From contig CBFDEM010000013.1 in assembly GCA_965603825.1 (NCBI GenBank), positions 248,001 through 312,000 of the forward strand: 64,000 bases of DNA, written 5' to 3'. Positions 52,873-63,516 of this stretch are shown here, piece after piece. Position numbers and translations under genes: made by a program. The stretch comes from Blepharisma stoltei ATCC 30299. Lineage: Eukaryota > Protista > Ciliophora. Position 1 is the first letter of the stretch. Each line of letters opens with the position of its first letter. Below the pieces are notes generated by a model, which was not told the DNA's origin, did no database searches, and worked only from the letters and a program-made list of their open reading frames with translations.

Positions 52873-53337
52873 ATGCTTCACGAGCCAGAAATCCTAAACG
52901 GTTGGAAAAAGGAAAATTTTGGAATTCAAAGGAAAAGCCAGACAAAGGCAAAAACAATGCCTGGCTTATTTCCCTCAAGAGGTGCACTATTGAATAAGAA
53001 TCTAAACAGATTTGGTGAAAATAGTGATGATTCTCCAAGTGTTGGGGTTGAAAGAATATCGTTTATTGCTCAAAGCAGAGAAAGGCTGATTGCTAGTGAG
53101 CCTCAAATCAAGTGTGTGCCCTCGTTTTCTACGAAATTCTTAAAAAAACTGCCTAGAATGCATGTGAGGGCAAGCACATTATGCATGCCTCACCCTCAAG
53201 AGTTAAGCAATACAATTGATGAAGCGCCACCTACAGAGCTTTCTGAGATAGATATTAAAACCGAAATTGATTCGATTTGCAAACCTCATGAAACTCGCCC
53301 AAGAAAATTATCACCTTTTACTGCTAAAATTAAGTAA
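52873..53337 (+). CDS. Hypothetical protein, 154 aa
   Basis: Intact ATG-TAA ORF with coding-like GC content. Confidence 0.7.
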   Translation: MLHEPEILNGWKKENFGIQRKSQTKAKTMPGLFPSRGALLNKNLNRFGENSDDSPSVGVERISFIAQSRERLIASEPQIKCVPSFSTKFLKKLPRMHVRASTLCMPHPQELSNTIDEAPPTELSEIDIKTEIDSICKPHETRPRKLSPFTAKIK

Positions 53338-53585
53338 TAGCAAAAGGATCGTCCTTATTTTTGATAATAGATTTCTTAGTAAATTAAATCTCCCTTTTAT
53401 TTTATTTTCCTCCGGCTAAATTCTCAAATTAGCAATGCAATTTGTGAACGCCATAGTTTTAGCCTCAAGTTTCATTAAAATTAATATTACATTTCCTTAT
53501 ATTTTTATCCAAAAGCACCCCACTCACCTATTTATAAAATAGCTGTAGAATTAAAAGAAGCTTGAATTTACTTTGTCTAATAAAT

Positions 53586-54281
53586 ATGGCATCAATTATA
53601 TACACCCTTGTCGCATCAGATGATTCCACAACACCCCTCGCAGAAGTTGCAGTTGCAGAAGGAAACTTCCAACTTCTTGCATTGAAGCTGTTAGCCAAAG
53701 TCAAGCACAATTCTTCAGCTTCATATGCATATGAGAACAAATTCATGTTCCACTATCACAACGAGAATGGCTTCACATTCCTTTGCATGGCTGACGCGGG
53801 GTTTTCTAACAGAACTGCCTATTTATTCCTCTTCGACATAAAGGACCGATTTTATGAGAAATTTGGCGACAAAGCTCGCAATGCAATTGGATTTTCCGCA
53901 AACAAAGAATTTTCAGAGGTCATGAAGCAAAGAATTAATTATTTCAATAGCGACCCGTCTGCTGATAAACTGAAAACTGCAAGGCAAAACATTGACAAGA
54001 CCAAAGATATCATGATAGAAAACATTGATAAAGTTTTGTCAAGAGGGGAAAAAATTGAATTGCTTGTGAGCAAGACTGCGTTTATGAGTGAAAGCGCTGT
54101 TACTATGAGAAAACAGGTAAGAAATATATAGGCTGTCAAAGTGAAAAGGCATATGTGGTGGAAAAATGCAAAACTTACGTTGCTGGTTAGTGCGATTGTT
54201 ATTGTAAGAAATATTCAGATCATTTTATTCTTTGTGATTGTGCTCGCTTGTGGAGGGTTTGGGTTCTCAAATTGCAAGTAA
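53586..54281 (+). CDS. VAMP7: Longin R-SNARE VAMP7/VAMP71-like, 221 aa, two 15-nt introns
   Basis: Longin domain (IIYTLVA, GNF, FTFLCMAD), SNARE motif IMIENIDKVLSRGEKIELLV, MWWKN, TM helix and ACGGF after splicing 54117-54131 and 54204-54218. Confidence 0.93.
54117..54131 (+). other. 15-nt spliceosomal intron
   Basis: gtaagaaatatatag; contains an in-frame TAG. Confidence 0.93.
54204..54218 (+). other. 15-nt spliceosomal intron inside the TM-coding region
   Basis: gtaagaaatattcag; retention would insert VRNIQ into the TM helix. Confidence 0.85.
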
Positions 54282-54439
54282 ATTTATTAATCTAAAGAAA
54301 TATAGAATTGGAATTCTAAATTGGCTGCTTTTATGCATGATTTAGATCGTTAAAATAACTAATTTTATGTGCAAGAATTCCTAATTATTGATAAATTCCT
54401 ATAACACGTGAATTCATTTACATTTAATAATTATTTAGT

Positions 54440-54865
54440 TTAATCAATAAATGAATTGCAAGGAGGCTCAGCTTTTCTCCATCGCTCATCTAATGATTGC
54501 ATATCGCAGCTAAAAACTGGCTTCATAAGCATTTTATTGACTTCGTTATGCATATTGCACATCCAGATAGACAATTTTTCTCGATTTTCTAATTCTGGAG
54601 GCTGGTTTTTCATCATGTATCTGAAGTGGCTGGCACATGATTTGCAAGGATATACTCTTGAGAAGGACTGGATAAATTTCTGGTGAATCTTCTTGCATTC
54701 TTCGCTGGGCTTGTCAGGATAATGGGCAGCCATCGTGTGTAAGAGAGCCCACCCACTTTGCCCTACTATGTTTTTATCAGGAGGGCACTCGACTTCTATG
54801 TCTCCTGAAAAAGCTATGTTTAGAGAAATATGAGTCTCATTGCAAATATCATCTTGACAATCCAT
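54440..54865 (-). CDS. ERV1: ERV1/ALR FAD-dependent sulfhydryl oxidase, 141 aa
   Basis: ECPPD...G..GWALLHT.AA.YP, YPCKSCA, WMCNMHNEVN.ML.KPVFSC, LDERWR. Confidence 0.93.
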   Translation of the reverse strand: MDCQDDICNETHISLNIAFSGDIEVECPPDKNIVGQSGWALLHTMAAHYPDKPSEECKKIHQKFIQSFSRVYPCKSCASHFRYMMKNQPPELENREKLSIWMCNMHNEVNKMLMKPVFSCDMQSLDERWRKAEPPCNSFID

Positions 54866-54951
54866 TGTGTAAATTAATTATGCTATATAATTAATATGGG
54901 CATAACAGTCCCTCCATATCATAAAATGATATTGATTTATTTTATAGAGAC

Positions 54952-55004
54952 TATAGGGTTTGACCTCAACAGCCCTTATCGGGCTATGAGGGTCAAACCC
55001 TATA
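54952..55004. repeat. Near-perfect GC-rich inverted repeat (hairpin), ~24-bp arms, 5-nt loop
   Basis: tatagggtttgacc-tcaacagccc ttatc gggctatgagggtcaaaccctata; the outer 14 bp pair perfectly. Confidence 0.9.
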
Positions 55005-55261
55005 ATAGCTTCCAAAGAATTTTAAAAAGTTTCGTAAAATTAAATATCAATCAAAGTAAAATATCTTGCTATTTTAGTTGCAACTCTAAATCAAAATAAG
55101 TATCATATATTATGGTGATCACTTCTATGCTAGTGCAAAATCAAAAGAGACTTAATTTCTATAGAACAATAGAAATTCCAAAATAGCTTTAATATTACAA
55201 TCTAATAAGAGCTCAGTGATAGAGTGATTTACAGCTCCATTATGCTTTCTTATCTAAAAAT

Positions 55262-57199
55262 ATGGAAATCAAACGTACTGCAAACTGGGCTGAGTCAATT
55301 TCATCAATTCTTCGCAAAACTGAGCTCAATTTACTACGACTCCAACGCACCTCTTATCTACACGACGAATTCACTCGACCTCCATCAACAATGACTCATC
55401 TTGACCTTTCCATGGATCAGCGGCAACGTCCAACCTTATTTGAACCTGACGACAATGCTTCATTAATCCAACAAGAACTCGCAGGAGTCCGTCAAGCAAT
55501 CGAGCGGCTAGTCTCTGAAAAATACAAGCAGCATCAAAATGAAATGCGAACCCTCAGCTCCAGAGTTGCAGATATTGAAGATAAACAAATGGCTTTTGAG
55601 GACATCAAAGACGAACTTCAAAACGCCTTTCTCTCAATTGGGAGGAAATCCTTTGGTGATACTAGAAAATTTGATGAGAATACCAAAAATTATGTGACGA
55701 AAGAAGACTTAAAAACGCTAGAAGAATCATTTCAGAATATTCGACAATCTCAGATCAACCAATTGGAAATACAAATCAGGGATTTAAGGAAGGAAAACTC
55801 AGAAATCAAAGACTTGATTTATGAGATTGTGGACGAAAAAATGAAAGAAACTGCAAAAAAGTCAGTTTCTCCATATGAATTAAAAGCGATTAAAGAAGAA
55901 ATCCAAAGTGACACTAATTTTAAAATAAAAGAGGTGGAAAGAAAGTTGTGTAATGATATTGAAGAAGTATCAAGGCAACACTCGCAGAATAGTGAAGACT
56001 ATAGCAAATTCCTTAAACAAAATATAGGCAATGTTCATAGTTATGCCTCAGAAGAGCTGGGGAAGCTAAAAAAAGAATTAAAATTGCTAGAAAATTCTGT
56101 TGATACACAAGATATTGAAATAGAAATCGAAGGAATAAAGAAACGGCTAGAGCATATGTCAACGCAATCTGCTCAGCAGGATTTATCTATTTTTGTTACA
56201 AGAGAAGAGTTTAATCAGCTCGGCAACATCAGAAGAGATTTAAAGCAGCTAGAAGCAATGATAAATAAACGTGACTACGACAAAGAACTGGAAACGTTAG
56301 GAAAACAAATATCCAATATTCCTCCACCTCAGGATTTATCTATTTTTGTTACAAGAGAAGAGTTCAATCAGCTCGGCAACATCAGAAGAGATTTAAAGCA
56401 GCTAGAAACAATGATAAATAAACGTGACTACGGCAAAGAACTGGAAACACTAAGAAAACAAATATCCAATATTCCTCCACCTCAGGATTTATCAAATTTT
56501 GTAACTATAAACTATTTAAATGAGCAGCTAAACGATGTTCAACAAAATCACGAGGTTTCTAACCAATTTTTAGCTCTTCAGCTTAAAGCAAAAGAGCAAA
56601 ACGAAGTTTCAGCAAAATTAGCGAATAAAGTTGATGATTTAGAACATCGGCTGATCAAGCTAGAAGAAAATGAATCATCCTCAGAAATCAGCTTGGATCT
56701 AGGAAGAGAAGAAGAAACTGTAGTGAAAAAACAAGAGAAACCAATGCTAGAAGTTTTAAAACCAGAAGAAAGCAAAGAATATAGCGGACTAGCGACTTTT
56801 GGAAAAAGTGAAGAAAATAAAGAGCCTGAGTTAGTTGCAATTTCGTTCAATAACTTAGGGGAAAGTGATGATGATAGCCAAGGATTTGTGTCACCAATGA
56901 TATCCCCTATGAATCAAGTTGTTACAGGTCCTATTGGCTCTGCAAAGCCTGCTAAAAAATTCCAGTTTTCTGAGCCTCCAATAATACAAGAAGAGTCGCA
57001 TGAGGAAGAAAGCTCTTCACCCCATCCAAAATCAAGTGAGCCAAGGAAGGATCTTGATGAGTATATTAATGCATTTTCGCAAGAACTGATTCGAACAGAG
57101 CTTGAAGATAGTTTGCTTGTTATAAAAGAAGTCATAGATAGACAGCCAAAGCCGAAGGTTGGCCAAAAGCATGAAAAGCTGCTGCCTAAGAGAAAGTAA
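55262..57199 (+). CDS. Coiled-coil protein with internal 51-aa tandem repeat, 645 aa
   Basis: Long intact ORF; coiled-coil N-terminal two-thirds and acidic disordered tail. Confidence 0.85.
   Translation: MEIKRTANWAESISSILRKTELNLLRLQRTSYLHDEFTRPPSTMTHLDLSMDQRQRPTLFEPDDNASLIQQELAGVRQAIERLVSEKYKQHQNEMRTLSSRVADIEDKQMAFEDIKDELQNAFLSIGRKSFGDTRKFDENTKNYVTKEDLKTLEESFQNIRQSQINQLEIQIRDLRKENSEIKDLIYEIVDEKMKETAKKSVSPYELKAIKEEIQSDTNFKIKEVERKLCNDIEEVSRQHSQNSEDYSKFLKQNIGNVHSYASEELGKLKKELKLLENSVDTQDIEIEIEGIKKRLEHMSTQSAQQDLSIFVTREEFNQLGNIRRDLKQLEAMINKRDYDKELETLGKQISNIPPPQDLSIFVTREEFNQLGNIRRDLKQLETMINKRDYGKELETLRKQISNIPPPQDLSNFVTINYLNEQLNDVQQNHEVSNQFLALQLKAKEQNEVSAKLANKVDDLEHRLIKLEENESSSEISLDLGREEETVVKKQEKPMLEVLKPEESKEYSGLATFGKSEENKEPELVAISFNNLGESDDDSQGFVSPMISPMNQVVTGPIGSAKPAKKFQFSEPPIIQEESHEEESSSPHPKSSEPRKDLDEYINAFSQELIRTELEDSLLVIKEVIDRQPKPKVGQKHEKLLPKRK
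56177..56506 (+). repeat. 153-nt coding tandem repeat, 2 copies plus a partial third
   Basis: caggatttatc starts at 56177, 56330 and 56483; the two full copies differ at about 6 nt. Confidence 0.95.
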
Positions 57200-57547
57200 T
57201 TGTTTATTTTAATTATATAGGATATGAGAGGGCTGCATTTTTATTATTTCTAAAAATGTTATAAAGAATGAAGAGCTGCGAAATTAGAAATGTAGCTTTA
57301 GAAGTCGCAAAATTAAAGCTGCTTATGAAGTAGGTATTCTAAAAATATAAAATTCATAAAGATAATGAGCCAATTGTTTTTGTCGATATCTTATTTAAAC
57401 GGATTATCACTTATATTAAAATAACAGTCCTTAGAAGCTACTTTCTTTATATTAAGTGCTATATTTTCTAGACGCCAACATTTTTGGTTCATTTAAAAAA
57501 GATTTTATTTTGATAAAGAAAATAGTTAAAGAGCCAGAGAGATAAAT

Positions 57548-58565
57548 ATGTCAGAAATAGGTGAGAGACAAGACAGCACCAAAAACCAAAAAATATGTTT
57601 ATATATTATATTTGGACTTTACTTATTACTCTTGCTTATTTGTTTATCAAAAATGCTGAAGGCTTTTCTTCTATACCGATTTTGGGGGCTGATTAGAGCT
57701 AAGATCTCATATTGTATTATTACCACTGTCTTAATCCGTAAATTCCTATATAGTTCGCATCATGTGGGCAGCGGATATATTTTTCAATTACTCTGACTTC
57801 ACTTATGATATGCTTGATGTGCTTCCTTGCGCTACTTTTACACTCCTAGGAACGACTTTTGCCCTATTTTGGATTGAGATGTACATAAATACCAGTGTTC
57901 AGCTTTCAGATACCCAAAAGAGAGCTTATAACTTGGCAGCCTTCTCAGGCTTTATTTTTGTCAATTTTTTGAACTATAGTTCTCACATTTTTATAGTCGT
58001 GATGTCTTATGATGATAAAGGATTTCTCATTTTTGGCAGAGTGTGGCAAAATTTGGTAATCGTCAATGTATCTTTTTTTATTTTTACGACAATTTGTTTG
58101 GCTTTTGCTGGCAAACTTTTGTCAACTCATGTGAAAGATATGTTTAATGGGCCTACTGGTGAGTTTGTATCAAAAAGGATTACATATGTCTCGATATTCT
58201 GTGGAATGTGCTTTATACTAAAATCAATCCTGCCTTTGCTGCTATTTTCAGTTAGCTATTCAACAGGAAAATACCAAGAAGTTGATGATGTTTTTATACT
58301 TTGTTATTATGGGCTTATAGAAATTATTCCTATTACGTTGGCTTTGATATTAATCCAAGTGACTAAACCAAATTATGAAGAAGATGAAGATGATTCTTTG
58401 CCTGAAGGTCTTTTGCCTAACTACGATAATTCTCTTTCTCCCAGCTCTACATGTTCTTCAACTCAGCTTCAACTTAAAAAAAGACTTTTAAGTGTGGGCG
58501 ATGACTCTATCTGCCAGGCTTTTTCAGAGAGGCTTACCGCAACATTTTCATCTTATTACCCATAG
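57548..58565 (+). CDS. THH1/TOM1/TOM3 (GPR137-like) seven-TM protein, 333 aa, one intron (57738-57753)
   Basis: Seven hydrophobic segments; DVLPCATFT...FALFW.EMY, C..CFILKS, YY.LIEIIP. Confidence 0.78.
57738..57753 (+). other. 16-nt spliceosomal intron
   Basis: gtaaattcctatatag; removal joins two frames (LI-LRIM-W). Confidence 0.9.
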
Positions 58566-58663
58566 CTTTTTTCAAGGTAATAGTAAAAAATTAATTCATA
58601 TAATTGTACTATTTAATAGATTTAAATTAAGTGCTCAATTAGGAGAATAAAAATAATTGAACA

Positions 58664-60643
58664 TTATTTCATAGACAAATACTTCCTTTCTACAGCTTCT
58701 ATCATGTCGTCATCTGAAGACTCACTTCCGCTCTCATAGTTTATCTTAGGCACACATATAGTTTTGTCAGAAGATTCTACATTGAGGAGGTTTGGCTTAA
58801 GGATATTGGAAACATTCAGTACTTTGTTGACGCTTGGAGACTCTTTTGGCTTTATTTCAGCTTGTGTTTTGCTGGAAGGAGAAAAAGTGAGTTTGGTTTG
58901 GCAGGTGCTTGATATTTGTACAGTGCTAGAGGCTGGGTTTGTTTTGGTAAGGGGAGAAAACATTAGCTTTGATTTGACTGGGATTGGAGATTCGTCAGGG
59001 GATTCTTGAAATTCAGATGAACTGTTATAGTGGACCATTTCGTGATGATTTTCATTAGAGTCATGCAGCCTGTCCTCTGAGCCTGATGTGATCAGCTTTG
59101 GATAGTTTTTTTTATTACTATATTGTCGTGCACTTGTAGCTTGCTGATGAGGAGGTTTTCCTTCTTTTAGTCTTTTTGATGCCATTTTTGAGGCAAAATT
59201 GGGGCTTTCTTCACAGTGGTGAGGCTCTTCTGGGGGGTTATTGGCAACTATGCTTGTATTGGTGCCTGATGATGCACTTGTTCGTGAATCTGCTACAAAA
59301 TTTAAAATGTTTGGATATGAGCTTTTACTAGGATTTTGAGATTTGAACACTTGCTCTTGTAGTTCATGGATTTGAGCTTGCAGCTGGGCAAGCATTTTAC
59401 TTTGTTGGCTTATTATCCTTTCTGAATCTGGGGAATATTTTCTATAGCTGTCTGAAGATCGATTTCTAGCAGAGCTTGATCTAATTGTCATAAATGAAGA
59501 TCCCTGGTTCCTTAATTGTGACGGTGGCCTAGGAGGACAAGCTATAGGCTTAGGTGACTTTCCATATAAAACTGAATTCTTTATTGTGCTTTTTCTTATA
59601 CTAGCTAATGAAATTTCAAGAGAGCTCACTGATTGGTCTTCTCTTAAAAATGTCACAAAGCATGGAGAAAAGTATTCCCCTTCTTCCATAGGTAATTCTG
59701 CTACAAATGACGTTGTTTTTCAGCTAGAAATTCCTTGACACGAGACTTCGTAATACTTTGGCTTCCCATTAAAATGCAAAAATAAAATTGTCATATCTTC
59801 AGGACTTGGCGATATTTTTTCTCTAATGCTTTTGGATTCAATAAATTGGACACAAGCAGCCCAAACCAGTGGGTGGACAATTGAAGACTGCTTGCTGTTT
59901 TTTGACTCAGGAACCCCTGAAACTCATACCCCTACTAACGGGTACTTGTAGGCTAATGGATCAGTTATTAAGAGCGGCAATGCTCTTCCTGACTGGTCTA
60001 AAGTCAAAAATCCATATTGGTACCTTTCAAGCGAATTTTTCGTCAGCTTAATGCTGAGTGGTGTCGAAACTAGCTTAAGTGGTGCAATTGGAGTAAATTG
60101 AAGGGTGACTGCAGGAAACAGCAGCTCACACTTCAGCAGCAGCCTTTGCCCTTTTTCATCTGCTGAAAAGGCAGCACACACTCGTAGTATATCTAAAGGT
60201 TCTATGAGTTTTTCCCTATTTATTCTTCTGTCTATACTATTCATCATATTTTCAATAATTTTTTCTTCTATATGCAAGTGTTCTGCATTTAGTTCATGCT
60301 GATAAATCAATGGAATTAAATAGTCAGCTATGGGCGTTGGCTCTCCTCGTGATAGCCAGCTGACTTCTTGTGTTTTTAAGCTTAAGTAGTGGGAAGGAGA
60401 GTATTTAAAGGCTGTCATTAGTCCTGAGACGTGCGATTCTGGATTATTCGAAAAGTCTCATAGAGAGCGCAATACATCATTCGTGATTTTGAATTGAGGA
60501 AGAATCGAATTCATTCGCAAAACAAAACGTTTCCCTTGAGGTTGTCTTGGCCAGAGGTCGGACACTACTGCATTGAGATTAATTTCGCGGGAAAAGGGGG
60601 TAAATTCTTCTTGGTATTCTGAAATTCCTTCTATGTAACTCAT
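58664..60643 (-). CDS. STIL: STIL/SAS-5/Ana2-like centriole assembly protein, 659 aa, 3 TGA=Trp
   Basis: YGFLTLDQSGRALPLLITDPLAYKYPLVGV-W-VSG...PLVWAACV...KPKYYEV (STIL_N-like), central coil QQSKMLAQLQAQIHEL, C-terminal PKINY...AVERKYL (STAN-like). Confidence 0.82.
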
Positions 60644-61098
60644 TTTTTAAAATTATTTAGGCAGATAAAGAGCCAAGCATGACCGCGGGCGAGATTATTT
60701 TTTCAATTTTGTGAGAAAATAAGGAGAAGGAAATATTAGTTGTAGAAAATATGAGGACAGACTGTGTGAGAAGGAATAGTTATTAAATTATTATATTGTT
60801 TTAGTTAAAATTTCAAATAATAACGTCTGAGTTCTTTCATAAATATTTTTTTAAAACAAAGTTAATGCTTGACCATTTGGAATATTTAATTAAAATTAAT
60901 TAAATTTCTTGCATATCGCTACTCAGCTAATGCATATCATTTTGTTATTGCAATAAATTCAATTATAATGATCATTATGTTTTATTTATCTAATCAAATT
61001 AAGTCATTTATTAGCGGTATGACAATTAGTTGCAATTCTGCTCCAACATAGGCCATATATTTATTTTGCTACTTTATAATTCAATAGCCTAGTTAAAC

Positions 61099-61947
61099 AT
61101 GGATCTTCAAACAGATGAAATCCAAAATCCAGGTCAAATTTTTGAAAAACCAAAGCAATTTTCAGTTGAAATGCTAATGGACAAAAGTGATGAAGAGCTT
61201 CAAGTCGCCCTTGAAGAGTTAAGGAAAAAAGATCTCCAATACTCAGGAGTTTTACTTCAATCATTATTACCATCTCAAGGAAGATGCCCTGTCTGCACTT
61301 TAAAGGTGCCTTGCAAACACTATTCCTCAATCGACCAAATTCCGAAGCAAAAACCTGTACATGCAAAAAGATCTGTATCACCTATATTAAATTTATCTTG
61401 CAATCTGGAAACGCCTGAATCTTCTAGCTTGTCTGTATATTCAGCATCCTCAGGACAAAAATCACTGCAAATGCGCTTTAGGACTTCTGATGGAACGGTA
61501 TATCAAGATATATTGAACCATCCTCAAAGGCGAAAATCGCTTGAAGAATACAGAAAATTGAAACAAATAGAAAAAATTGAAATATATAGGGAAAATAAGC
61601 TAAGAAAAGAAATTGAAAAGATTGAGGAATTGAAAAGACAGCAAGCAGAAGAAAAGGAAAAGCTAAGGGAAGCAGAAGAGAAAAGAAAGAAATATGCAGA
61701 AAAACAAAAAGCTAAAATCAGAGCCTATAGAGGAGCTGAAATGAATAAAAAGAAACCTGTTGAAGGGGAAACTGAAATAAAAATAAAAAACCGATCAGTT
61801 GATGAGCCGAAACGAAGGCCAAACAACATAAAACTGTTTAGACTGCAAGAGCTTAGACGGAAAAAGAAAAATTTAGATTACATTATTGATTTACAATTTG
61901 AAAATTTAGAGAAAGAAAAGAAGCAAAGAATGAACCAAGAAAAATAA
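61099..61947 (+). CDS. Hypothetical protein with CPxCTLxxPCKH motif and charged coiled coil, 282 aa
   Basis: GRCPVCTLKVPCKHY followed by an E/K/R-rich helix. Confidence 0.8.
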   Translation: MDLQTDEIQNPGQIFEKPKQFSVEMLMDKSDEELQVALEELRKKDLQYSGVLLQSLLPSQGRCPVCTLKVPCKHYSSIDQIPKQKPVHAKRSVSPILNLSCNLETPESSSLSVYSASSGQKSLQMRFRTSDGTVYQDILNHPQRRKSLEEYRKLKQIEKIEIYRENKLRKEIEKIEELKRQQAEEKEKLREAEEKRKKYAEKQKAKIRAYRGAEMNKKKPVEGETEIKIKNRSVDEPKRRPNNIKLFRLQELRRKKKNLDYIIDLQFENLEKEKKQRMNQEK

Positions 61948-62057
61948 AATTATTATGCCTGTATTTAACTTGAATAATAAATAAATCACATATCATATTT
62001 TTATAGCCTATTTGTAATGAAAAATTAAAGTCGATTAAGTTAAATAAATTATTGGAT

Positions 62058-63488
62058 CTAGGAATTTAATAAAGCCTCAGCATCAGCTTCTTTAGATTTC
62101 ATATAGCATCGGACAAGCACTGGAAACATCAAAACTTTTAGCACAAAATCGAAAAAGCCCATAACAAAAGAAAACCGCTTCGCATTAATTGCAGGATCAC
62201 TGTGCATTTCAAACACAAGAAACTCCGAATCACATGCTATTCATAAAACATCAAATAAAATCATAATAGCAAGCATTATTAGCCCTAATCGATACCTTTT
62301 AGTATCCCATCCTTTCACCAACCCCATAAATGCCCAGCAGGCCCAAGTCACATTTCCAAAATCTGGCTTATCAAATGACGTACAAACTCCTAAAAGCGCC
62401 ACCATCAGTATCCCTACCGTTAAAATTGTATCCCAATTTCCAACTTCCTAACTATGTTTTACCTTAAAATGTTGGTCTGTAAATGCATGGACTTCATGGA
62501 CAATTTTGCTTTCAAGGCGATCGACCCAGCTTTCTTTATGAAACATCCCAAGGGGATTTGTACCAAGCTTTCTTAGCTCAGTTTCAACTCTGTCTTTTTC
62601 AGCGACATCTTGTACAATATCGTTGTCCATTCCTGAAATAATTCCTTCTAGATACTCTGTTTGTCGGTGGATTCATTGGATTGCAAGCATTATTCTTGCA
62701 TTTGAGACTCTTCCTGTCAGTTGGTACCATCCTTCATGCTTAGCTTGGTCCCTAAAATCTTGCAAAGGGATAGAGCAAGTTCCTAATAAGTCATCTTTTG
62801 AGACTGTTCCTTTGTTGAAAACTTGGACTAGGAGCTCGCCAGTTCCCATCGTTATTTTAAAGCTAAAAGTTTCGTCCCAATTAGGATTTTTATCAGATGG
62901 TATCGGTTTCGTTGCGATTTGTTGTCTTTCACATATAAGATTGACATAAGCAGTTGGCCTTCCAGTGACCACATTTAAATTTTGTGCTTCAATAACTCTC
63001 ACAGTAAAGGTACTTCCTTCCATGATTCCATAGGTATTCATCCTTTCAACTTTTTTCGCTTCTTCTAACTGCTCTCTCAATGTAGCTAATTCTTTATTTT
63101 TCGCTAAAATAGTTTGGTTATACCTTGCAATGGCTTCTGAAAGGCCGTTGACTTGCTCAAGATACCCATTAATAAATTCATCAATGCTAACTCCTCCGTC
63201 TTTGTTTACATCCATTGATTCAAAAATAGTTTTCACGTAATTTTCGTCAACTTCATCATTGATTCCTCTTAAAAAATTCAAAATTTCTTCAAATGAGATA
63301 GCTCCACTTTGATCTGCGTCAATTTCTTTGAAAGCTCTACGAAGTTCAAGCTGGCGCTCATGAGAAATTCTGGGATCTAAAGCAAACCTGGTGTTTACTT
63401 GAAAAGGAGAAGCTTTAATCTTTTGGTCTACAGATGCCAGCGCCCATTTCGCAAGATTTAGAGGATTCTTAGCTACCTCTTGTTCCAT
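62058..63488 (-). CDS. EF-hand pair + C2 domain + ~4-TM membrane protein, 471 aa, one intron (62448-62462), 2 TGA=Trp
   Basis: DADQSGAISFEE and DVNKDGGVSIDE EF loops; C2 domain VRVIEAQNL..NPNWDETFSF..DDLLG; hydrophobic last exon to TAG 62058. Confidence 0.88.
62448..62462 (-). other. 15-nt spliceosomal intron
   Basis: gtaaaacatagttag; contains an in-frame TAG, and the downstream exon is open for 129 codons. Confidence 0.9.
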
Positions 63489-63516
63489 TTATATGAAAAA
63501 GAATATTTTAAATAAT

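Noticed and set aside
54894-55010. H/ACA snoRNA reading of two adjacent hairpins
   Set aside because: The first stem is weak, the second has no pseudouridylation pocket, and there is no clear ACA box.
54896-55099. 67-aa plus-strand ORF over the hairpin
   Set aside because: No protein-like features; mostly AT-rich spacer, with the GC content explained by the palindrome.
56177-56506. CRISPR-like or mobile-element repeat
   Set aside because: Contiguous in-frame coding repeats with no spacers, terminal repeats or cas/transposase genes.
28905-56506. Two unrelated genes both have 153-nt repeat periods
   Set aside because: No sequence similarity between the units; two cases are compatible with coincidence.
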